This document shows positions 21,943 through 34,365 of a DNA stretch of 64,000 nucleotides, in pieces. This DNA is from Cercozoa sp. M6MM (taxonomy: Eukaryota; Protista; Endomyxa: Ascetosporea): NCBI GenBank assembly GCA_040357565.1, contig JBDODJ010000051.1; one strand, given 5' to 3'. The translations under genes and the position numbers were made by a program. Every line of letters starts with the position of its first letter. Position 1 is the first letter of the stretch. A model generated the notes under the pieces. It saw nothing but the letters and a program-made list of their open reading frames with translations, was not told the DNA's origin and did no database searches.

Positions 21943-24900
21943 GCACCAGGCGCCTTCAGCTTTTGAAAGACTGACTGAGAGTCCGTTGCCCTCGGAAGAA
22001 GAAGAGACTTGGAAATATGAGGAAGAAGAGGTACTGCTGAACTCAAAGAACTCGATTCTACCTGACACATTTTAAACTGGGACCGCTCAGTGGCCCGTGG
22101 AGCAAGAAGAAAGAGAACTGGCACGTGCCGAAAAAGATCAGTTGGACCTCACCTTGCGAACCTGCTATGGCGAAGTTGTCGTTGCATACGATAAAGCCAG
22201 AGCGCGCACACAGCGTGCGGTTGAAGGTCTCGCCGGCATGCCGCGTCTACTGCCTGAGGTATAATTTACACTCACTTTGTGGTCAGACTGTACACTTCTC
22301 TTTCTTAGGAAGAAGTTGCGCACGTTGAACAACAACTGCAACAGCTGCAGCAGCAAGTGGAACGAAGCTTTGAAGGTCTCAAACGGGAGCAAGAAGCGCA
22401 GTTATTAGACCTGCTTCGCCAAATTCAGCAAGCTCAAACCCAGGTACGATAGCTTCCTCTAACTTGACCAGTCAAACTGATCTATTTTGCGTCCTCAGGA
22501 TGACACTCAACGATTGCGAGCTTTAGCTGACAACATGTGCCGTGCTGCCGAATTCAAAGTGCATCAGCTGGAAGACAACCTCCGTGCTGCTACAGAAGAC
22601 TTTAGACAAAACTTGCAGCGCCTTATCGAAGCTGCTCGTCAGCGAGAGGTGCCTTTTACTCTCCAAACAAGCCATGGACATTGTATACAATTGAGCTGAC
22701 TGGACAGCTTGCCGAACAAGCTGCACTGCGCCGACAGGTTGAACAGCTCCGACAAAAGCAGCTGCAAGGACCCACTCCCGCCCGAGCCGCCGAAGAACTC
22801 GCTCGTGCCGAAGCAGAACTCGCTGCATTCGATGCAGAACAAGCGCATCGAGCAGCAGAAGCAGAGGCAATTGAAGCAGCAGCCGTCCGCGCGGAGGAAA
22901 TACAACAAGAAATGGCTAAGACCATTGCAACAGAGGCTGAAACACGAGCTGAGCTGGAGCAAGAACAACGTCTTGCGGCTGCAACTTTTGGTCAAATTCA
23001 AGCACAACGCGGCCTTCTCGAACGTGAACAACGAGCGGAACAAGTCCAACGCAAACAGAAGCAGTTGCAGTTCCTGCTGCGACAGGAAGAAGAAAGAAAG
23101 CAAGCCGAAGAAGAACGTGCCGCACGTCTGCGTGGACTGCTACAACCTCCGACTCCTCCAGTCGCACCTCAGGCACCTGAGGCACCTGTACAATTACCAT
23201 TCCTGGGGCTATTTCGGTACTTTTGCACATATAATCTAAACAGGAGCTAGCGCCTACCGGTGCACCTGTCGCTGCATACCCAACACTGGTGCGCGACGTG
23301 TCGGTACAGTCCATCAGTCCTTCGTCTGTCTTTTCTTTAAGCAGCATCGTCAGTCCTGCGTGCATTATAATCAGGTTAAAATGGAAGAAGCAACGACACC
23401 ACGTACTACTGAAGGCCCTGCCGGACCGCCTGCTGTTCCTGTGGTATTGATCCACACACAGGAGATTGTTTTGATACCGTATGTGCGTGTCAGGCCGAAC
23501 CAGTGGTGCCTGCGCCTGTCGCAGAAACACCTGCAGTCCCAGCAACCGGCGTTCCATCACCCGTACTCTTTTTTTTTTTTTGTTGATGAACTTCCAGTTC
23601 AGTCGCCTGTTTGAGTGTGTCTGTGGCTGCAGGAGAAACAAGCTGAGATTGAAGACATCATGCGCCAGCTCGTGGTTAATTTTATCCTTCAACTTTCCAA
23701 AGACGAGCACTTGATGTAGGAACACGTCGCTGCACTGCCTCCCGAGCGGATCATTCACGGTCCCGAGAAGGTTCCCCCGGTCACACCTCCGACATCGAGA
23801 GCTCCTGTAGTATCCCACTTGCTGTGCACAATACCTGTCTCTCTTTCTGTCTCTTACAGTGTGTATGTGTGCCCCGGTGTGTTCTCTGAGCAGTCTCCCA
23901 CAGGGGAGGTACTTTATTCTCTTGTATGCACCCCCAGCAGCTTGTTTATAAACGTGTACTTGAAAAGAGACCCTCACATCGCTTGCCCAAACGACAAGCT
24001 GAAGCTCTGAGAGGACCTGCTGCACAAGATGAACTCCAAGAGCGACTGCGCCACGCTGAACAAGCCGCAACGGCAGTGGGAGAAGCCGAGATTGAAGCCT
24101 TGGTATCTAAATTTTAGATGTTATTTTCTTTATTGTGTGGCGGTCTTTAAATTTACATTTGTCGCATACAATAATATTCAGCTGCTTTATCAAAAACTAC
24201 ATTATTGTATATTCATTACCGTTTTTCGGCAGCAACGACAAGCAGAGCTGGAACAGCATCTGCTTCAGGTCACACTGACTGAATTGGAACGAATCAAGGC
24301 TGCAGCGGCAGCAAAAGAAGTCGAGATTCTGCCACTACTGCAGCAGCTTCCTCAGCAGGTAAGGCGTTTGGTTTCTCGGGCATTCACTACTACCCTGTGT
24401 TTCTGTGTGTTGGCAGTTTCAAGCAGTTGTTCAACAAGAACTGGACAGTCTAATTCGAGAAATCAACCAAGCTGTCGAACAACATCAAACCCAACCACTC
24501 GATCAGTTGCGCACCGAATTTGAACAGTCGCCAGAGCAGTTCGAGGCGACTGTCCAAGAAGCGATGGAACAACTGGCGAATCTCGAGCGACGCTGTGTCC
24601 GAGCACTGGAAGAATTGAAGCAACGGGTTCTTGGCACTTTGGTAAATTCAACCTCTGAACCACAAGCTATACGTTGAACCCACATTCGTTATTCGTTTGC
24701 AGCAAGGCGTTAAAGAACTTCGTGAACGCACTCGAAACCACAAGGCGAGAGTTCTGCAAGAACTCGAAACGGCACTGCAAAGTCACATTGGGGGCATGAA
24801 GGCTCGCCTTACAGAACCGCAGGTCCCTTTCACTTCTTTCTCCACTGCTTGCACTTCCTTCAATTTGAGAGCACTGCGTATCCCGGCATGATGTTTGACT

Positions 24901-25535
24901 TTTTGGCAGACGGGTGCAACTCCCGAGCGGCAGGCAGCACTGGAGGCAATGCAGCAGCAGTTTGGAGAACAGAACACTGCAATGAATCAACGCATTGAAG
25001 AAACACGTGCCATGCTCGAGCAGCGTACTGCGCAGCTGGCTGCCGAAGTACTTTGCCGACTTCACTTTGAAGCTGTTATTATTATTTGTCCGGCAGGATG
25101 AAGCTGCTGAAGTCATCCGACAACTGGAAGAACTGCACACGGAGGCGATGACTTTGATGCGAGCCCAGCACGAAGCACTAATGAAGCTGCTCGAACCTGT
25201 ACCCCGACTCTTGTGTGTGCGTGAGTGTGTGTGTGTGCGTGTGTGTGTGTGCGTGTGTGTGTGTGTGTGCGTGCGTGCGTGTGTGTCACTTGACGACGTG
25301 TCTGCATGGGTAGGAAGTGGAGGTAGAGGAAGAAGAGGAGGAAGAGGAAGAAGAGGAAGGAGAGGAGAAAGAAGAGGAAGGAGAGGAGAAAGAAGAGCCA
25401 GAGGTGCCTCCTCCGGCAGCCCCTCCGGCAGCAGCCCCTCCAGCAGCCACTCCAGCTCGCCGATGGGGCTTCACGGACCTCCCTCGAGCGGCCCTCTCGA
25501 CACTGACGTTTGGCTGGGTGCGACCTCCAGCATAG
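19093..25535 (+). CDS. Large secreted Pro/Thr-rich and coiled-coil protein, ~35 exons including micro-exons
   Basis: Signal peptide MKLLLGISLLGTAAAA; (PPPGP)n tract; Q/E-rich helical blocks; continuous frame can be built through GT-AG introns to ...RAALSTLTFGWVRPPA*. Confidence 0.75.
19780..19894. repeat. Intronic (TG)n microsatellite with 10-N assembly gap (19839-19848)
   Basis: Direct observation. Confidence 0.97.
21792..21936. repeat. Intronic (CA)n microsatellite with 10-N assembly gap (21841-21850)
   Basis: Direct observation. Confidence 0.97.
25212..25286. repeat. Imperfect intronic (TG)n/(TGCG)n microsatellite
   Basis: Direct observation. Confidence 0.95.
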
Positions 25536-25811
25536 TCGCTGAAGTCTTGATGGACACCGACATTATCGAACACTCACATCAGTTCTTTGACATGGCGCTA
25601 AGCTGAGTAAAAAAAAAAGAAGCGCTAACACCCCACATCACATTTTAGCACACACGGACACGCACGCCCTCTTTCCGTCAAAGTAAGAGGATGATCAAAA
25701 CCGCCGTTAAAAAAAAAAGAAACGCCCATTCTGGTATTTTCTGAAGCTGGAAGTGTGCTCAATCACTACATTCTGACAGCTGTCCACCAGCGGAGGTGTG
25801 CAGCAGCAGCC

Positions 25812-27220
25812 ATGGGTCTCGTGAGCTCTCGTCGTTTCCGTCCCGATCGGGTTGCAGACGGTTCGAGTTCCGATCAAAATCAATCGGCACATCACACCAC
25901 TGCCGCTGGCAGGTGGGACTCTTTGGTCGGCAGTTGGCAGAATCCCCTAGACGCAAAGGCACCAGCTGACTCAGATGGCGTGCTAGTGCTCGGCAGCTGC
26001 CAGTCGTAACTTGCCTTTACACAATAGGCTGAATTGAGTCAAATCACGTTTTTATCCCCCAGCGGCCGCGAGTGTTTTGTGAATCTCGTGCGGCGTCGCT
26101 CGCTGCTGCAGGCTCCATGCGAGCTGCCTCCGTCGCCAGTGTGTGGTAGAACACAGCTACATTCACAGACCGTACCCGAAGCAGTACGTCTTTTGTACAG
26201 CCGTGGAAACGCCGCGAGTCGAGCTTGAGTCGCACGAACTGCCCAGTTTGGGGTACAGCAAAAACAGTACACGTGAACAGCGTGCCCATTTTGTGAGTGT
26301 TTAGTGGGTTCTTTGCGCACGCTCGCATCCCTGAAGAAGTAGTCCGCAACACTGCCAGTTGCGGCGTCGTTTTCACGGTAGAGCTCGAGCGAAAGAAAAA
26401 CTGGTGCAGAAATTGATTGGCGGATTTTGGATTTGCAGATCGACTCAGCAGCAGCGATGAAGTGCAATCGAAATTCGCCGCGAAACGTAGCACAATTGCG
26501 AGCTCAGATGATAGAGTTTGCGCGCAGTGACGCTGCTGCCAGGGTGCCCATCGTTGTGGCACTTTTCAACGCCTACCCAAACGAGCGAAAGGCCTTGAAG
26601 TTTGCATGCCAAGAACTGTACAATTGTACCACTGTTCTCAAGCTGCTTTGTAACAGAGTTTTTGATGTGCAGTAAGCTCTCTGCGTTGGCGAAACGAGTG
26701 TGTGCACCTTTACTTTGCCTCGTCATCCGCGAGTCGGAAAATGTAGCCACGTGCCTGTTGAAAACGAGTTTGAATTCCCCTTAATCTTGTCTGCATGCAG
26801 GTCGCTAAACAGTTCGATTTTACCTCACGCCGAAGCTCTGCCGAAAGTGTTCGCCGAGCAGTGTCGTGGTTGCAGGTACAGTCGTGGCTTTTAGTGTAAT
26901 TTAGTTTAACATCACAGGGACTTCACGGCAATAAATAGAACCCCTTAAGGCGATTTCGGTCGTCCTACGATGACTTTAGCGATATCCTGCGCGACTGGTT
27001 GCACCAGCAGCAAAGCGACTCGGACACTGAAACTGACAAAAAAAGCCGATTCAGCGCCAAACTTGACGTCGTGCTGTCGCTAGTGGCGGATTTTGCTGAA
27101 GGCGAAGCGTCGCAGTTCTGCCAGTTTCGTCACGACGGTACAATGCGTTTCTCGACATTATCCGCGCAGACGAGGCACCGACACGCGTTTGCCGTCGCTG
27201 TTGGTGCCGAGGATTACTAA
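25812..27220 (+). CDS. Hypothetical protein, multi-exon
   Basis: Protein-like exons (QLRAQMIEFARSDAAARVPIVVALFNAYPNERKALKFACQEL; SYDDFSDILRDWLHQQ...AVGAEDY*); start uncertain. Confidence 0.5.
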
Positions 27221-27540
27221 TCAGTTGCCCTCGTTTCAGAATCTGGCCGGATTGGCGTACTGTAGGGCCGTGAGTCTGGCAAAAATGCTTCTCCTTTAAA
27301 CTGAATGCACTCAATGCACGGCAGCGCGTGTGCAAGCGACGGGTTTTAAGCTTTGAAATTGAATGATTAAAACTCTGGTTTAGATTACTTCCCAGTATTC
27401 GCATAAATTTCTGTGTGAAAACAGCATCCACGCACTTGTACGCTGAGGCACGCTGAGACAAGGTACAGACAGTGTCGATTGCCAAACGAGACTTTGCTTC
27501 AGCCGGGTTGCGTTAAATTTGCAGAGCACGAAGAAACCCG

Positions 27541-28175
27541 ATGAAAATACATGTGTTGCTTGCGCTAATGAGCGTCGCGGTGGTGAGAGTAGGCGCTGCT
27601 GACGAAGAGCAGGTGAGAGTAGGCGCTGTCACTCCAGCCGAATCGGACACCGCTCCATTTCGCGCCCCAAGCCCAACGACGGTACAAAATACAGTCTGGC
27701 CTTGATACTTTAAGACCTAACTTGTACTGCCAATACGTATTGTAGTCCTCCGAGGTGGGCACGAGTACTACGTACGTCGGACTGGAAAAGGAAGAGCGTC
27801 CACTGAAATCGGCCCTAAAGCCCATACAAACAGATATGGTACAGCCTGTAGAGTGCTTTCCCGACATACTGTATACTGTAAACCTCTAACTGTATTTCTC
27901 CCACTGGCGTACAACAGCCTGCGGAAGCACGACAGCAGAAGAAGAGCGTTCGCTTCCAGTTGCAGCCAGAGACGGCCGCGTCGCAAACCGCTGAAACTAA
28001 ACCCCGGTCCGAACCAGAGGCGCAAGGCGTCAGCGCGCATACTCCAGCTCAAGCAGTCGAGGAGGCTGAGGAAACTCCGAGTCCCGCGCCGGCGTTGAGT
28101 TGGCGAGAATACGGCCAACGCGCGCTGTCGAGCATAACGTTTGGCTGGGTGCCTCCACCGCGCGCACTAGTGTAG
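27541..28175 (+). CDS. Small secreted disordered protein (~163 aa) with SILK-like and RVxF motifs; exons 27541-27681, 27746-27838, 27918-28175
   Basis: MKIHVLLALMSVAVVRVGA signal peptide; two phase-0 GTAC..AG introns; PLKSALKP, KKSVRF; ends QRALSSITFGWVPPPRALV*. Confidence 0.75.
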
Positions 28176-28577
28176 TCACTGCTGACTTTTTCAGTTTAAG
28201 TTAATTATCTGACTGGAGGTTGAACTGGAAACCGACGCGAATCAATGGTTTTAACTTCTAGTAAGTACTCGGGCTCGATTGGACTTAAAATGGCCGGACG
28301 CGAGTGAAAGTCCGTTGTACTGAAAGGAAATACTCTAGATCCAGAATGGGTACTACTCAGTAAATATAAAAATTATATAAACTTTTATCTATGCATGCAT
28401 CGCATACGTGTACCGCAGGACTGGCACAGGGGAACTACCGCTAGCGTAGTACGTAAATTGCATAGTTGGTTTCTTAGCAGACTGAACTAACTACGCTAAC
28501 TAAGACCAGCGCGGTCTGCGGTGTGGTGTACTGTACGGTATCGTATGTTTCGTTTCCGATCCATCGCATCACATGTC

Positions 28578-29523
28578 TTAGGCAAAGTCGGCGTTGGCAA
28601 CGAGGATGATCGAGACGATGAGACCGAAAAGACCGAGAGCGCTGCCAAAGATCTCCACAATGAGCATTTTCACAAACAGCGACGGTTCCTACAGATAGTC
28701 ATCCTTGTGCTTGTGCGAAAAGTTCTAAAATAGAGTCATCTACCTGCGCATCGGCCAAAGCACAGCCGGCACCAGTGACGCCGATCGAGACACTGCATAT
28801 GCGTACGAAGGACAGAAATGAAAGGGAGGGGGTAAAGCAGCAAAGCACAGCGTACCCGCAAACAAAGTTTGACAGACCGACGACGAGTCCGGCAAAGAAA
28901 GACGCGTAGCCTGTGTGCAAGGAGGGGGTATGAAAGCCAAAAATTAAGCAAGAAGGAAGAAAATGAGGTGATCTCTACCCGCACGCAGTTGCTGCTGGAA
29001 CTTGTGTTCGTACAATAGATCACTCGGGTCCAGCACAGAGGCACCTGAAAGACAGTACACACTAGGTATGATAACATACCCCCTATCAGTCACACAGAAC
29101 AGTTTAAAACGGACCAGAAGTGCGAGTGTAGATGATGATGGCCATGATGAGACCAAAGATAGCGCAGGCTTCGCAGAAGATGATGCTAATGATGTTCTTG
29201 TTCCTACACGCAGGATAATTTCGTTCGGCAGCCTGACCTCAAAGTAGAGCAGACTCACTTGATTCGAGGTGCCTTCACTGCGGCACCCATCAGACTCGGC
29301 GACGTCAGCAAGATGCCCCTGCATAAACAAAGCAACAACACGATCATCATTGGCGTTTGCTGTCAACAAAATGGTCAATCGAATTGCCGATCAGATATTG
29401 TGCGAACCATGCTGCGCCTCCGACAGCTGCTGCAACCGACAGAAACACTCCCAGGTACGCCCAGAAGTATGGGGAGATCGACAGAAACGCGTCTCCCCAT
29501 GTTCGTTCGTCCAGCAAAATCAT
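28578..29523 (-). CDS. VMA16: V-type H+-ATPase proteolipid subunit c'' (ATP6V0B/Vma16 family)
   Basis: [98 protein letters not shown]. Confidence 0.95.
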
Positions 29524-29705
29524 TACGACACTGGCCGAGGTGCTGCCTATGTGTCCTGATAGCTACACACCCACAGATATATGTGTGTGCACGTCAGTGC
29601 TCAGTCCCAGAACATTTTAAATTTTGCCTAGCGCTCCAGCCGGGAGCTGTTGCCGATCGCCTCGCTGCGGCGCAAATCAGGGCTATCCACGCGCGGGTTG
29701 GCGCC

Positions 29706-32700
29706 ATGAAACCCTCTACAGCCGCGTCAGCGGCGGCTGCTGCGTCATTCGGCGCATTTTTCTGGAGTGGCCGGCGCCGAGCGTCGGCTCCCAGTGTAGT
29801 TGCAGGTACTTGTTATTGTGCTCATGAACATACGCGATTGTGCAAAAATCGTGCGGCACCAGATGATTCTTGGCTCCTGATCACTCTGTTTGATTGGATC
29901 CGCAGTGCCGCACTTGAGTATGAAGGAGACGGATGCGCTGTTCGAGGCGATTGAAATGCGCTCGCGTCATGAGGTACATGAGGGCTGTTTGGCTGTGATT
30001 TGACATTGATTCTGTGGGATGAACCTAGGTGCTCGGCAAGCACACGCAACTCGGCTTTCGGACGCGTTTCCGCCGCATTTTGCTGGTATTCAAAACATTA
30101 ACAGGTCATCGTTTCCGCTTCGGGTATTTTAAAGTCTTAATTCAGCAAAACAAGGAGAAAGCAACTGCTCGAGATGCGAAGTTGCACAATGCGACGCTTG
30201 CTTTCTTGGTACATTTTTGTATGTGTTTCCATCAATTAGTCCTCTCTCCCTCCTTCCTTCCTTTACTTAAAACGTTGGCACAGGCGCAATTCGCTCGTCT
30301 GTGCGATGAAGCTTACCTGTAAAGTGTCAGCTAAAACTGAAATCAACGGAAGCTTATTTTTGTGGGTTGTTTTTGTTTTCGAAGTGAGAGAGACCTGGCG
30401 GCACTGGTGGAACTCGTGCGACAGTTTGCACGCTCGCTCGGAGTGCAAGACAAGGACTCCCTCAAGCAACAAAACAAGCGCCGGCCGCACCGAGTCAGTT
30501 TGCTGCCGCGAAGTGAGCCCTTCGACAATATGGCTCAGATTCTCGAACTTTTGCCGCTACGAACGAAAGCGCAAGTCGCGCGACTCGCTCTCATGGTTCC
30601 TTTTTGTTTTTGCTCTTTGTGGCCTTTCTAAATACAAGCCTATTTCACTTCTTTGTGCAGAAACATAATCTTGCACTGGCAACGGCCATGATTCTCGCTG
30701 ATATGCGCGATCTCGGTCCAGGTGATTCCTGTGTTTTGGGTGTTATTAGTGTTTGTACACTTGGACGTGTTTTGCACACTCGGACAGAACGCGGGCTGTC
30801 CGATTCGAGGATTTACGACTCACTGAGCGAGGCAAAACGACTGCGTCTGGTCGAGTACATGCTGGAAAAAGGACACGCTCGAGCGGCCTGGCATTTGCTG
30901 CTCGCACAGGTTATTTTAGCTCCTTTATTCTTTGTTCTTTAACCCTGTAACTTGCCTCTGTTCGTAGGAACTCGACATTCGCAAAATCGACAATCTGCGA
31001 AATCGCACGCTTCAATGTATGTCGAGTATTTTCTTCTGCTGTCTGACATATTACAGTTACCCCCCCCCCCCCCCAGTGGTCGGCGATGAGAGAGAAGGCG
31101 AAGCGCGTGTCGAGGCACTCATGGCAACTCTCAAAAGCAGCAGTTCGAAAGAGCCAAGTGTCGACGTGGCACGTGTCTTAGTGTCTGTCATCACAAAGCA
31201 CGCACACACCATCAAGCACGCCAACAACGACTCGTCCTCATCCGTCTTGTCACTCTTCGTACCTTATGTTTACTTCTCCCGACAAGAAGCTTTTTTATCA
31301 CGTTTCTGCCATCAACAGACGGCGCTGAAAGCTGTGGAATTACATGTGAACGACATGTACAGTTTTTTATTCACCTGAGTTAATTGTATGAAGACACCAA
31401 CATATCTGTAGTGGTCGAGAACACTTCCGTGACGCCATTGATAGCTGCTCGAGCTTCTTTCTCACCTTCTACGTAACTTGCTTCGGGTCTGAACATACCA
31501 ATCCCGCACACACACACTCTTTAAAAATAGGCGACACAACTGAGTATGAACGCCTCGCATGCGAAAGGCAAGGCCGGCTTCTTCCGCACGGAATTCGATG
31601 TACCACTTGTGTTTCAAACTAGACAGCTCAAAAAATGCAATACCTCTGTACAGGATCTGCGACGCATGTTCGCCTTGTTCTTGTGGCAGTACGAAGTGCC
31701 GCAACAACATATCAAACAACGAATGATCGCTTGGTACTCTTTTCCAATTTGTATGTGATTAAATGAATTTTCTATCCACAGGGAAGACATCAAAGCACTC
31801 AATGTCACTGCTGACACGGTTCAAACCTGCATGGACCTTGCGGTACACTTCTCTGTGTGTTTGATTACTTTTGTTATTGACGCCCGTTTAATCGCAGAAA
31901 GGCGACACTGAGCTGCAGAAACGCGTGTTTGCTGACCTGATGGCGGGTGTTATGGTGCCACGCCAAGACTTACGCGTGGAGCGACTCATGCGCAAGCTTC
32001 CAGAATTGCCAGATGGAGCTGCGGAAACCTTTGCCGACACTCTTGGTATTCCTCAATCTTCAGCGTTGCCCTTGAAGGCCAACTCTTACCTTTAAACTCT
32101 TTAGTTCGAGTACTCTGCACACACGGTTACGTTCCATTTTTCTTCAAATCTGCTGCCGACTTGTTCCAAGCGGTGCATTGTCTTAATTAGCTATCCTCGA
32201 AGTCATTTTTTGTGGTCTGTACAGCTACTTTCGCGTGTGGAAAGCAACGACGAACGTCAAAGAATCGTCGATAATTTCTCCAAGAAGCTTCGTGTGTTCC
32301 TGGCGACCGTAACGAATTGTTTCTCTGAAAATGATTTAAATCTTACTGAGTTTTTTACAGGGCACAGAATTCTTCAAGAACAGCGTAAACTCCTCTTCTA
32401 TTTTTATTTTTTATTTTCTTTAATGTTATGCTTGATGCTTGTGTCACAGAGGGACGGCAAGTCGCAAGCTGCACCGCTGGATCGACGCGCTGTTGCGCTG
32501 GCGCTGCAGCGTCGCGTGGACGGTCTCGATGTGCGGCAACTCTTGTCGCCGCTGCCGTTGGACTGCGCTTCTGACGAGTCGAGCGGCTCGGATTTCGTTC
32601 TTGATGCGACTGCTCAGATCGTGTGGCTACTCACCGGCGAGGTGAGTTCTCTCTCCTGTTCCTTTGTACCTTGTTTTACTTTCGCTGTATGTATTCAGGA

Positions 32701-34267
32701 GTTTGTAAAAGACAACGTGCACTCGCAGTTCTCGATCTCGTATGCTGTGCTTTTGTTTTTTGTGCACATGCTGGAAACTGCCGTGTGTTGGCAGACCACG
32801 ACAGCACGTGCACCAGTTGATTCCGACATCACAGGTCTTCGAAGCCGAACTCGCCGATCTCGCCCTGTACCGCCTGTCGATTGTTTGCATGTCTTGCATT
32901 TTTCGTTGTTTCCTGCAGGCATAGCGCAATGGCGATGCGCTACAGCGCTTCGAAAGCCGAGCATACGATTTTCCGGCAGGTAACCTTTCCTTGTTTTCCG
33001 CATTCTCAATTTCGCGAGTTGGTGTGTTCAGGGTTTGCTAACGCAACTCACGCGTCTGTTGCGGCTTTCTGCAACAAGCAAAAACGTGGTAGCATCGATC
33101 TTAGACTTTGAATTTAGTTGACGGTATGATCTTATTTTCCCGTAGAACATACAAGAAAATTGCGTGGCCGAAATCGCTCAAGTTTTGCAGACGTCGCTTT
33201 CACTCTCGTACAACTTTCTTTCTTGTATCTTATGAGTTGAATGATATACACTTTTTCCAAACAGGAAGACTGCCGTGCGAAAACTCTGTGTTGAACTCTT
33301 GTATTTTGGTATTTTTACTTGATCGACAAAAACAAATTTGTTCACAGAACAACTTGGTTCGCTGATTCGGTTTTTATTTGCAGGCGCACCGAAAGCAAGA
33401 GTTTCTCGGCTTCGTGATGAACTCTTGAGACATTCCCCGGGTATTGCGTACAGTATGAGAGTCGTTTGAGTGTTCTCCAGTCCACACTTGCAGAGAGCGA
33501 CGTTTCGGAACAGTTGGCTCAGTTGCACGAGAGCGTCATTTCTGGCACACTGTATACTTCGCTTTCAACTTTTAATTACTCCTAAGGCTTTCGTCTTGCA
33601 AATGCTTCGTTTTGTTTTCGCAGCGATAAATCGGCGGCTTGGCGTCTCGCCCGTCTTTCACAGCGACAGTTTTTGCAGTTTCACGCTTCGTTCTCAGACG
33701 GTGCTTTTTCTTTTATGTTTGGAACTCCACGAAATAATCGTTTGATCGTTCAAACAGAAAACCAAGTGCAAGCTTACTCACATCCACAGAATGCATCGGT
33801 ACATTCTCTCGTTCGTGATTCGTATCTTTATCAAGCAAGAGCTTGTTTGATGACTGTGCTTAGGCGCTGATTCGATTGGCAGCGCGGACGCAATCGATGG
33901 ACGTTTGCAGCCTGTATCCTTTTGTTTCTGGTCTCTGTTTGTTAGTTTTCTTATGTGAGGTGTGTTCAACCAGCCTAAAGACTATCTGGGAAGCTCCGAT
34001 TGAAGATCCACACGAGCAAGTATCCTTGCTGAACGCGCTGATTTCGATCGTTGCTGTCACTGACGGTGATGACGAAACTGACGGTGAGAATGATGACGAG
34101 AATGACTCTGAAAATGACGGCGGTGACGGCATCAATGACGGCATTAACGGCAGTTTGACCTTGCTGCCATTGACACGTGTGTACTCGCTTGCCGTTCTGA
34201 GTGGTCACCTGGCACGTCACTGGCAACTCCCGCTGCGCGAACGGTAGCTGACCCCCTGCCCCACATA

Positions 34268-34365
<98 letters not shown>

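Noticed and set aside
19475-22124. HTHTHT/CVCVCV ORFs
   Set aside because: Translations of intronic microsatellites with N gaps.
22916-24070. 384-aa minus-strand ORF
   Set aside because: Antisense to well-supported plus-strand exons; no protein-like features.
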